Shown here piece by piece: positions 1-12,800 of a DNA stretch of 64,000 nucleotides (position 1 is the first letter of the stretch; the number at the start of each line of letters is the position of its first letter). The stretch is from Antedon mediterranea (lineage: Eukaryota > Animalia > Echinodermata), in contig NC_092671.1 of assembly GCF_964355755.1 (NCBI RefSeq), forward strand, positions 40,863,304-40,927,303, read 5' to 3'. A model generated the notes under the pieces. The model saw only the letters and a list, made by a program, of their open reading frames with translations. It had not been told where the DNA came from and made no database searches. The translations under genes and the position numbers were made by a program.

Positions 1-3000
1 TTGCAGTATGAAATGTGAACAATGTAAAGCTAGATTAGGAAGAGCTGATAAGGTAATACACAGTATAACGTGAGACTAAGTGTATTGCAATGAATTACAT
101 ACTGTACATCATTATTGCAGTATAAAATTAACATTCCAATGAGTTGAAAACTTTACATCAGTTACACTATAGTGTACGTTCTCTATATGCCATGAACTTT
201 TTTAATGTTTTTATTGATATTCTGTTTTATAATCAGCAATCAATTTTGCTTTTATACCTGTTTGTGAAAACACAATAATGATAAAACTTGAACACCTATA
301 GACTGAATGTATTGAACCTTGCTATATTATCATTATTGTTGCAGATCATTTACATATTCTCCTTAATTGCTTGTACCTAAGTTAAAGACAGCTAAATTAT
401 TTAACATTTCTTTGTGTTGTAGTTAATAGGTGGCTTAGCTGATGAAAAGGATCGATGGCAGGAATCTGTATCTAAACTGAATGAGATCATAGACAGTATT
501 GTAGGTGATGTCCTCATATCTGCTGGTTATGTGGCGTACCTTGGTCCATTCACTGTAAGTTATTAAATAATAATATAATATGTTGTGTTATGTACCTGAC
601 AACCAGCAGTTTACACAAATTGATTTTAAAGGATTTAGGCTTCTGTTTTAATTTTTCATACAACTGACCGATGATAGGAATATGCATCATCATACCCTGT
701 ATGAGGTTTAATCTTTTAATTTATCAAATTGACTGAGATAGTATATATTTAGGTATATTTATTCATAAAAAGACATCAAAATACAACGGCAGCCAAAAGG
801 CTGAAAAGTAGTATTTTACAAAATTTGATAAAAATATATACATTCTTTCTTCTATTTTGCAGGGAGAGTACAGACTTTCAATGGCTGAGGAATGGATAGC
901 TGCATTAGATGCACATCATGTACCTCACACCAGTGACTGTAATTTCCAGAACACTTTTGGTGACCCAGTCAAAATCCGTACTTGGCAGATTGCTGGCCTC
1001 CCTCGAGACAATCTATCAGTAGAAAATGGTGTAATTGTGCAGTTCTCACAACGATGGCCGTTGTTCATTGACCCTCAAGGACAGGCTAATAAATGGATAA
1101 AGACTTTAGTAAGTTCATTTCTCAGTTTTTCATAATGATTTAGGAAAACTTGTAATGGTAGTTGAGTTACTTACTTACTTTAGACTTACTTTAGTGGATT
1201 TGTTTACCAGATTCCCTCAATTTAAGTCTTTGGTTAAACTATAATACAAAGCATACACTTTGATTACAGGAAAAGGACAATGGAGTTGATGTGATAAAAT
1301 TAACAGACAGGGATTTCTTGAGGAGTCTTGAGAATGCTGTAAGGTTTGGTAAACCTTGTTTGTTGGAGAACATTGCAGAAGAACTAGATCCAGCTCTTGA
1401 ACCTATACTACTTCGACAAGTATGTTGGTTTTAATTCAATAAATATACCGTATATACATGGTATTTAACATCCATCCTTGATATACTCATCACATGTCAC
1501 ATTCCTATTCTACTTCGACAAGTATGTTGGCTTCACTCCAATAAATATATATACATAGTATTCAACATCCATCCTTGATACGCACATCACATGTTACCCT
1601 TCTATTCTCATAGACTCTTCAAAGGTTCTCATTAATCAATTAGCAGTAAATTTGATTTATTTGTACATTTTATTCTAGACATTCAAGCAGCAAGGAAGCA
1701 CAGTAATCAAGCTGGGAGATGCTGTTATACCATATCATGATGACTTTAAGTTTTATGTTACTACAAAGTTACCTAACCCACACTATACCCCAGAGGTATC
1801 CACCAAAGTCACACTGGTTAACTTTACTCTGTCACCAAGGTAAATGCCAAATAAGTACACTTTTACAAAATAAACATATAAAATATAAAAACATAAATTG
1901 TGCTGTATAAGAACAGAAATTGTTAATGTTGTTTTTTTCATAAAGGTCTTTTAGATAATAAGGAATAGTGCCCTCTATATTGAAAGTTGGAAACTTTAAT
2001 ATGTTGTTTTCACTTAGTGGTCTTGAGGACCAGCTTTTAGGTTTGGTGGTAGCTGAGGAACGACCAGATCTTGAAGAAGCTAAAAACCAGTTGATTGTAA
2101 GCAATGCGAAGATGAAGCAAGAATTGAAAGAGATTGAAGACAAGATTCTGGAACGACTAAGCAATTCAGAGGGCAATCCTGTAGATGACATTGATCTCAT
2201 TGCTACTTTGGAAGCATCAAAAGTCAAAGCTCATGAAATTCAGGTTAGCAGCTCAAATCCTTTTGAATATTTGTTGTCAGTATGATTAAGATGTTCATTT
2301 TTACTTGTTCTTTTTTACTTGTTCTGTTGCTTTTGTTCTTAATAGGCTAAAGTAGTGGTTGCTGAGCAAACAGAACGTGAAATAGATGAAACTCGTTCCC
2401 AGTACATTCCTGTATCAATCCGTACACAGCTGTTGTTTTTTTGTACAACAGATCTTGCAAACATTGATCCTATGTACCAGTACTCACTTGAATGGTTCAT
2501 CAACATCTTCTTGGCTGGCATTGCAAACTCTGAAAGAGCAGGTTTGTTTTTATCTGCTATATTAGTAGAAACACATTTTACAAAGCCAAAATAATGTAAA
2601 GCTAGTCTAAGTACAGTTGTTAGTTGTTTCTGTCACCTATAATGTATCCACCTATGTTTCCCCAGAAAACGTGGCACAACGTATTGTGAACATCAATGAA
2701 TACTTCACCTTCAGTTTGTACAGCAATGTCTGTCGCAGTTTGTTTGAGAAACACAAGTTGCTCTTTGCATTCTTGCTTTGTACACGAATTATGCAGAATG
2801 ATGGACAAATTAATATGGTGAGTTGTAATGATTTAATATGGTGAGTTGTAATGATTTAATATGGTGAGTTGTAATGATTTAATATGGTGAGTTGTAATGA
2901 TTTAATATGGTGAGTTGTAATGATTTAATATGGTGAGTTGTAATGATTTAATATGGTGAGTTGTAATGATTTAATATGGTGAGTTGTAATGATTTAATAT

Positions 3001-6000
3001 GGTGAGTTGTAATGATTTAATATGGTGAGTTGTAATGATTTAATATGGTGAGTTGTAATGATTTAATATGGTGAGTTGTAATGATTTAATATGGTGAGTT
3101 GTAATGATTTAATATGGTGAGTTGTAATGATTTAATATGGTGAGTTGTAATGATTTAATATGGTGAGTTGTAATGATTTAATATGGTGAGTTGTAATGAT
3201 TTTTAATTGTATTTTAAGATGATTACTTTGTTTTAGTGGTGCTGTTTATACAAACAATACTTCTAAGACTTCAGGCCACAGTTTCAAGATGTTAGGAAAG
3301 AGGGACAGGGGAGAGGTATAACAAATTTCCTAGAATACATTTTTTTCTCTAAATTCACATCAAGACGGTAGAAATACATAATTTTGGTTTATCTTTAGGA
3401 TGAATGGCGTTTCTTATTGTCTGGTGGAACTACAGTTCCAAAAGAGCTTCCAAACCCAGCTAAGGAATGGTTGTCAGAAAGAGCTTGGAAAGAGATCCTG
3501 TCAATGGCATCACTGGTAAAAGACATGACATTTATTTATTTATTCTGTCTCAATACTGAATGACACTTTCAGTGCTAAGGCATTGATTTCTAAAGTGGTT
3601 CAGTAGAAATAGAAAAAAAAGTAATATTTTTAGAAAATTGTCTTTCTTTGCAAGATAGGATATAAAATGCATTTAAAATACTAAAATACGATAAAAAATA
3701 CAAATATGCTAATTTTGTATTGGTTTTAAGAAAACATGTCATTAATACTCTTAGGCAATTACTAGATACATTCCCTTCATCATTGGTTGTCTCATTATTT
3801 ATTGTTTCTTGTATAGAAAACCTTTGAAGTGTTTGCTGAAGACTTTTCAAATCACCTTGATGGATACAAGAGGATCTTTGACAGTGCAGACCCCCACCAA
3901 GAGGACCAGCCTGGAGACTGGAACACCAAGCTTGATAGCTTCCAAAGGATTCTTGTATTAAGGTGTATACGTGCAGATAAAGTTACCAATGCCATGCAGG
4001 TTTGTTTTATTTCAAGACTTAATTTACAAGTTAACAAACCACCAGCCAATGATTTTACACATTTCAATTTGTTTAACAGGACTTTGTATCTACCCACTTG
4101 GGTCAACGCTTCATTGAGCCACAAACTGCTGATCTTTCAATAGCATTTAAAGAGTCTTCTCCAGCATCACCTCTGGTGTTTGTCTTGTCTGCTGGTACTG
4201 ATCCTGCAGCAGATCTCTACAAATTTGCTGAGGAAATGAGATTTTCTAAGAAACTGACTTCTATATCACTTGGACAAGGACAGGTAGAGTAATTTCATTA
4301 TCTAAGTCAATGTCTAATTGTGTGTCTAACCCTAAACAAACACATTATTTCAAACTATTCCATATAATCCTATTAATTATGTTTTCTTTTCTGTAGGGAC
4401 CTCGTGCTGAGGCATTGATGCGAAGTGCTATGGACCGTGGTAAGTGGGTATTCTTTCAGAATTGTCACTTGTCACCAAGCTGGATGCCATCATTGGAGAG
4501 ATTGATTGAAAATATTGACACTGATAAGGTAATAATAATAATAATGTGGATATTATAAGGCAGAAAATCACTCAACTCATTTATGAAACTCTTCATTCCA
4601 AAGATCATTTTTATTGATTAATTAAATCAAATTGAATGGATTGTGGAATAACAATTTCAATAATGGCAAATTTATTGTATTATTTTTTTTGTTGCAGGTT
4701 CACCGAGATTTCCGTTTGTGGTTGACAAGTCTGCCAAGTCCTAAATTTCCAGTTGCAATTTTACAGAACAGTTCAAAGATGACAATTGAACCTCCCAGAG
4801 GAATAAAAGCTAATCTTCTGTCAGCCTATGCAAATCTTAATGACGACTTCCTCAATTCTTGTGGAGAAAAGGTAATCTAGTTTGTAACTCCTTTGTTTAC
4901 CAAATCATATTTCATCAGTTAAATTTATATTTTTTTTATCCAGACAATAATAAAAATTACAATTTATTCAGGTAAATATATATTATGATGATTATACATC
5001 TAACAATCATGAAGTTACAGTAACTATGTGTGAATCAATTACTACTACTTAGGCATTACATGTTTGATTTCATAGTGAAGTAACCACTTCTAAATCATTA
5101 AGGAGTACTTTTTCATATACTTATACCAACATGAAGAATAACAAGGGCCCTGAAATAGAGCGACGTTCTAGTTGCATACCTACATTTTCATTTTCATGTT
5201 ATTTAGACTCCTGCATTCAAAACTCTTCTTCTGTCTCTGTGTCTCTTTCACGGTGTAAACATTGAAAGGCGTAAGTTTGGTGCCCTTGGCTTCAACATCC
5301 CATATGAATTTACAACAGGTGACATGCGTATCTGTATTAGCCAACTCAAGATGTTCTTATTGGAGTATGACACAATTCCATTTAAGGCAAGTTTATTTCT
5401 ATGCTTTTTATTATTACTAATTCCAGTCTACTTTGTAAAAAGTTGTCAACTACAAATTGAAATGTTATTTATTTTCTTGAATGTGATTTGTATTTAGGTG
5501 TTAAAATATACTGCTGGACACATAAATGTTATTTATTTTCTTTAATGTGATTTGTATTTAGGTGTTAAAATATACTGCTGGACACATAAATGTTATTTAT
5601 TTTCTTGAATGTGATTTGTATTTAGGTGTTAAAATGTACTGCTGGACACATAAATGTTATTTATTTTCTTTAATGTGATTTGTATGTAGGTGTTAAAATA
5701 TACTGCTGGACACATAAATGTTATTTATTTTCTTGAATGTGATTTGTATTTAGGTGTTAAAATATACTGCTGGACACATAAATGTTATTTATTTTCTTGA
5801 ATGTGATTTGTATTTAGGTGTTAAAATATACTGCTGGACACATAAATGTTATTTATTTTCTTTAATGTGATTTGTATTTAGGTGTTAAAATATACTGCTG
5901 GACACATAAATTATGGAGGCCGTGTGACTGATGATCAAGATAGACGTTGTATTATGAATATCTTGCAAGATTATTATAATAAAGATGTTTTAAATGAAGA

Positions 6001-6820
6001 TCACATCTACTCACCTTCTGGAAAATACAGACAAATACCTACCAACATGGATCACAATGTAAATATGTTCTTTCTATTTGCCATACAGCCTCTGTTTTAG
6101 TAAATCTAGAATTATACAGAATATAAATATAGATGAAATCCCATGAAATAAAACACTGTGTAGAGTATTTTTTGTTTATTTTGACTAGAAATTAGTGATG
6201 ACGTATTAGCCAAATATAATCACAGATTTAGTTGAGACACTCTCAATAACTCAAGGGGATTATCTATTTCCTTGTTAAATTGTCTAGCCATTATACAGTC
6301 TAAGTAAGTCAAAGCCACATGTCTATTGAACAACAACATATATATATTTAGTGTGACATAGCATTCTTTAAAAACAGAAATTTAAAAAAAATAGGAAAGT
6401 AAATTATGAATGAATTATTATTATTATTAGCTTTATTGGATGGTTTACAATTGAATTCAATCTGTAAACATAGCATATTGCTATAAGAATGTTTTTATCA
6501 ATTGTTCAACAAGCATAAAACTTCTACTGATACTATTATACCATATTTTAATGACCTTTATGACTGTAGGAAATGAGTACAAGTTTGTTAATTATTAAAC
6601 TCTTGCAAAGCATGTGTTGTTTTTACTGAGATTGTGAGAATAAGGACATCTGTTGAATTGCTGTATCTTATACTATAATTCAAATGGATAAGATAATGCT
6701 TTTATGAAGTAAGATATATATATATATTAGATTATAGTCTCCTGATGAGTGAGTTGCACGACTCACGAAACAAGCCTGAAGAGACCAAACTGTAGTTTTT
6801 ACTTCTTTTCCAGACTTAAC

Positions 6821-6866
<46 letters not shown>

Positions 6867-9800
6867 TACTACATAAAAGCATTACTGTATATATATCTTA
6901 CTACATAAAAGCATTATCTTATCCATTTGAATTATAGTATAAGATACAGCAATTCAACAGATGCTATGACTTTATCCAAATTCCCTCACTTGCACTGATG
7001 AAGGGCTAGTCACTTGCCCGAAAGCTCTGCTAACTTTTCTGGCTGTTTACTTTATCGTTTTGATTTAGCTTTTCACTTTTTATTTTTGTATCTCCATTGA
7101 GATCCAGCCACTGATACCAACAGCATTGTCATTTTTTTCAGTTTGCAAAATATATATATATAAATACAGTACCCTTTCTTTGTTAAAAAGTATATCAACT
7201 GCTATGTTAAGATTTATAATATATATTTTTTACCAATTATATACTGATATTGATTATGATTTTGTTAAAGGGTTACATTTCCTACATCAAAAGCTTACCA
7301 ATTAATGATACACCTGAAATATTTGGACTTCATGACAATGCCAATATCACATTTGCTCAAAATGAAACATTTAGTCTACTGACTGGCTTGCTCAAACTGC
7401 AACCAAAAACAGCATCAGGCTCAGGACGGACACGAGAAGAGGTAAGTGCTTTTTCATTTTAATCACATTATATTATGGACCAGGTGGTCATAAATTATAA
7501 TGATAATCTCTGTCAATCACCAACCGACTTTCTAAAATATAAATTTTACCTAAGATTGATGTTTTAATCAAATGTCATTTATACAATGAGAACATTGAAT
7601 GTTGCGGTATGTAGGTCACTACGACCTTAGGAAGTAAGCCTCACACCGGAATATGTACAGTACTTACTATATAGTATATTTTTGTTCTGTAGTAGGCCAG
7701 GCTATATGTACAGTACTTACTATAGTATATTTTTGTTCTGTAGTAGGCCAGGCTATATGTACAGTACTTACTATAGTATATTTTTGTTCTGTAGAAGGCC
7801 AGGCTATATGTACAGTACTTACTATAGTATATTTTTGTTCTGTAGTAGGCCAGGCTATATGTACAGTACTTACTATAGTATATTTTTGTTCTGTAGTAGG
7901 CCAGGCTATATGTACAGTACTTCTATAGTATATTTTTGTTCTGTAGTAGGCCAGGCTATATGTACAGTACTTTACTCAGATAGTATATTTTTGTTCTGTA
8001 GTAGGCCAGGCTATATGTACAGTACTTACTATAGTATATTTTTGTTCTGTAGTAGGCCAGGCTATATGTACAGTACTTACTATAGTATATTTTTGTTCTG
8101 TATTACGCGGCCAGGCTATATGTACAGTACTTACTATAGTATATTTTTGTTCTGTAGTAGGCCAGGCTATATGTACAGTACTTACTATAGTATATTTTTG
8201 TTCTGTAGTAGGCCAGGCTATATGTACAGTACTTTACTATAGTATATTTTTGTTCTGTAGAAGGCCAGGCTATATGTACAGTACTTACTATAGTATATTT
8301 TTGTTCTGTAGTAGGCCAGGCTATATGTACAGTACTTACTATAGTATATTTTTGTTCTGTAGTAGGCCAGGCTATATGTACAGTACTTACTATAGTATAT
8401 TTTTGTTCTGTAGTAGGCCAGGCTATATGTACAGTACTTACTATAGTATATTTTTGTTCTGTAGTAGGCCAGGCTATATGTACAGTACTTACTATAGTAT
8501 ATTTTTGTTCTGTAGTAGGCCAGGCTATATGTACAGTACTTACTATAGTATATTTTTGTTCTGTAGTAGGCCAGGCTATATGTACAGTACTTACTATAGT
8601 ATATTTTTGTTCTGTAGTAGGCCAGGCTATATGTACAGTATTTACTATAGTATATTTTTGTTCTGTAGTAGGCCAGGCTATATGTACAGTACTTACTATA
8701 GTATATTTTTGTTCTGTAGTAGGCCAGGCTATATGTACAGTACTTACTATAGTATATTTTTGTTCTGTAGTAGGCCAGGCTATATTTACAGTACTTCTAT
8801 AGTATATTTTTGTTCTGTAGTAGGCCAGGCTATATGTACAGTACTTACTATAGTATATTTTTGTTCTGTAGTAGGCCAGGCTATATTTACAGTACTTACT
8901 ATAGTATATTTTTGTTCTGTAGTAGGCCAGGCTATATTTACATGACACAAAATGTTTGATAATAAATAGTTATTTCTAAGGAAAGAACAATAATTAAAAC
9001 CACGAGCCGCGTTTCTTTTAAGAAATATATCTTGTTTTATATATGATAATAAAATAAATTAAAATTCTATGTTTAGGTGATTGAAGAAATGGCGAAAAGG
9101 ATTTTGGATGTTGTACCAAACGCAGTTGATATTAACATGGTAATTGACAAACACCCAGTTAGATATGAAGAGTCTATGAACACTGTCTTAATACAAGAGG
9201 TTATTAGGTATGTAGTACCACTAACAGTCATTTCATAATTATTAGTGTATAATAGTAACTGCACTGTAATTAATTTGCCAATGCTGCCTCTCATACACCG
9301 TATTGAGTATGGTAGTAGTCAGCCAAAACAATGTTTACAATCTGCATACAAATTTATGTTCAATCTGTTAAATTGATTAAAACAAGTTATAAAGTATAAT
9401 ACAAATACGTATCTTCAGGTTTTTTTTTCATATTCTTTACATGTTTTATCCACAGATACAATCCTCTGTTTGTTGATATAAAATATATGTTTTTTTTCAT
9501 ATAATTTACATGTTTTATTTATCTACAGATACAATCGTCTATTGGTTGTGATCCACAAAGGATTACATGATGTCCTGAAAGCTTTGAAAGGTTTAGTTGT
9601 AATGTCAGAAGAACTAGAGACAATGTCAAACCAAATGTTTAACAATACAGTTCCAACAATGTGGGCTAATAAGGTCAGTACTGGGTCAACCAACCAAGTT
9701 TAAACCACAGTTCTTTTGTTATTTTACAAAGTACCATACTTAAATGTAAAAACAAAAGAAATCCATTCTACTCACTAGATCACTTCCTGTAGTCTGTACA

Positions 9801-12800
9801 AATTGTTTTATATAATAATATTTTAATTTGTCTTACATATGCCAGGCATATCCTTCTCTGAAACCACTTTCATCATGGGTATCAGATCTGGTAACCAGAA
9901 TGGATTTTGTACAAGATTGGATTACAAAGGGAATTCCAAGTGTATTTTGGATCTCTGGATTCTTCTTTCCTCAAGCATTCTTAACTGGTACTTTACAGAA
10001 CTATGCAAGGAGAGCTGTTATCTCAATTGATACCATTACATTTGATTTTAAGGTTTGTTATTTTAAATTCAAGAGAAGAAGACTTCTTGAGTTTTTTATT
10101 TTGCAGGGTCCATAACTTTGTTAAAGTTGCATGAAAATATATGGCTCTTAAGTTTTTTTTTAATGTAGAAAGCTTTAGAGAGCGCATTCAGTAAGTTTAT
10201 TTTTTATATTTAGGTGATGAGAGAAGCCGCTTCAGAGTTGACAGAAAGACCAGAAAATGGCTGTTATGTAAGAGGCTTATACTTAGAGGGTGCTCGCTGG
10301 GATTATCATAAACATGAATTAACTGAATCTAGACCAAAGGAATTGTATACAGATATGCCAGTTATTCAACTGATACCTGTTGCCAACAGAGTTCAACCGT
10401 CCAGTGGCATCTATGTATGTCCTGTATATAAAACACTTACTAGAGCTGGTAAGAATTACTGTATTATTGATAGAATACAAATTGTTTTCATTAAATTAAA
10501 TCTTTCTTCCTTAAAATGGACCTGAAGTGGATTTTCGATTTTTTTCATTTTAGAATGATGTTTTGGGGGCTATTAGGTGTTGCTAGAATGTATATTGTTA
10601 CAAAATATAAATTGGCCCTTTTGGGGAAAGCCCCATTTGAAAATCAAAAAAATTCGCAGGTGACGTCACTTTGCGAATATATTCCTATCCCTCCAATGGA
10701 CAATTTGCAGTTTTTTGGCTATAACTCTTGAAATCTATGGAGTATTTTCTAAAAAATGCTTGTGCATTTGCAGAAACGTATTTAGAATTTTTTTAGATAA
10801 AATTATTACCGTATAAACGGTTATTCATCGAGTAAATGACGATTTAAAATCTTAAAATCAACGTTTTTTTTCTGGCAATACCGAAGTTGGCCTGGCAACG
10901 TTGTCCGGGATACAGCTCCGTGCGCAATGATGCGTATCCATATTTTCCGTTCGTGTATTTTTGTAGGTGTCTGATCATTTCGGCCGCCGGTTATGGAATT
11001 GCCAAATTCATGAAACGCCAAAAAGGACAAAATATGTATTGTTAATTTCGGCCGCCAGAATTGTAATTATTCTTGAATATGTATGACACGCCATGTGTGT
11101 TAAAATGTTAATATTTTACTAGGCCTAAATACTGTATTATTAAGCCGCATCGGCGGTCTTCAATTCCAGAAACAGCAGATTCATATTAAAAGAAACACAT
11201 TTTTACAAAGCACACGCATCTTCGGGACTTCGGGAAAATAAATAAAAAAATAAACATTAAATCAATATTCATTTTGACCAAAATATTCAGACGGTAATAT
11301 ACCGTAACTAATATAACTTTAAATCTATGCCTACGGCAAAAACAAAATGTATTTAGCCCATTGCACAACTGATCTCTAGTTTAAATGACCATAGTTCTCT
11401 GTGACGTTCCATAGACTTGATAAAGTTTTTTTTTTCACTGTAATACTGTACAGTTAATGAGTTATTTCTGGCTATTTCAATTTGGCGCGCCATACCTGGC
11501 GGCCGAAAAGATCATGCCATATTTTGTCCTTTTTGGAGTTTCATGAATTTGGGCGTTCCATAACCGGCGGCCGAAGTGATTGGCGGCCGAAATGCACTGT
11601 GACCTTTTTGTATATCGTTCGTAATTTATACTGCTAAAATGTGTTAGTTTCTTTAGTTTTTAGTTTAGCAGAATTAAATTAGTAATACTAGAGGGTGAGC
11701 TCGCTTCGCTCGCTCCCCCTCTAGGAAGTGTAGACGATGGTTCTCGGAATGATAATGTTCTCCTTATACGTTTTCTGTCGGTTACCATTATTGAAAATGC
11801 TTGACATTCGTAAAACTAAACTACTTTGTTTCACAGTGTTTTAGATGATTAATAACATTTTAAAGTACAGTTTTTATTGTTTGGTAGGGCCCTTTGGGGA
11901 GGCGGAGGTCATTTGAGGGAGGTACTTATTCGAGGGATATGTTAAATTTTGTAGTTTTAATATGGTAACATTTATAATCAAATGAAATCCTCTAATAGAT
12001 ATGAAAAGTGCTAAAAAAGAATAACAAATGCTTGGTAAATTGTAAATAACAGTGCGGTGAATTCTACTACAAATAGTATAATTGTGTTGTTATAAATATG
12101 TGGATGGACGGTTATTAGATAGTTGGATTGGGGGGGGGGTATTATTCAAAGTGATGTTTTATTGGAGAGGCGTTTATTCAAATGAATACCATCCTAATAA
12201 TTATTAATACATTATTTAATTTAATCATCTTTTGAATTTAACTGCCGTGACAGAGTGGGCCCAAGAAAGAAGACATTACGGCTTGCAACGTGGGCAGACA
12301 TCTCGGTCCTAACGGGACACAGGAAGATAGCCTACAGTTATTCCTGCAAGCTTACTCAATAAAACTCAGCTATCGGGATTTCACTCGAAAAAAGTCTTAT
12401 CATCAAATCTCCCTATGTAATTTTATAATACTATTCCCCACAATATATTCTGATTCTTTATGGCGTATATTTAATTTGATCTTTATTAATTTGCAGTATA
12501 ATTCCTATTATTTAACTACTGTACCTTCACACACGTGCGGTATGTTTTAAAATAAACAAAAAACTGAAATGGCTATGATTAATGGCCAAATATATCTGAT
12601 TTTTTTTTCGTCTTCCAAAGGGACACTGTATTGATTGATGGAAAGTGCCTGTTTCCAGTCACCTTTAGGGTCAAATCTATTATTTTAACTGCTCCCTTGT
12701 GTTTAAAAGAGAGAAAATATTTGAAACTAAGGTTGTTGCAAGGTGAACTTATCTTAAACCCGGAAATTACTTTGACCGGGAAGAATTGAAATTGAGAGGA

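Noticed and set aside
2810-3202. CRISPR-like regular repeats here and in other arrays
   Set aside because: No unique spacers, no cas genes, eukaryotic intron context
7653-8948. ORFs up to 281 aa on both strands
   Set aside because: Artefact of a 51-bp (3n) minisatellite inside a DNAH1 intron
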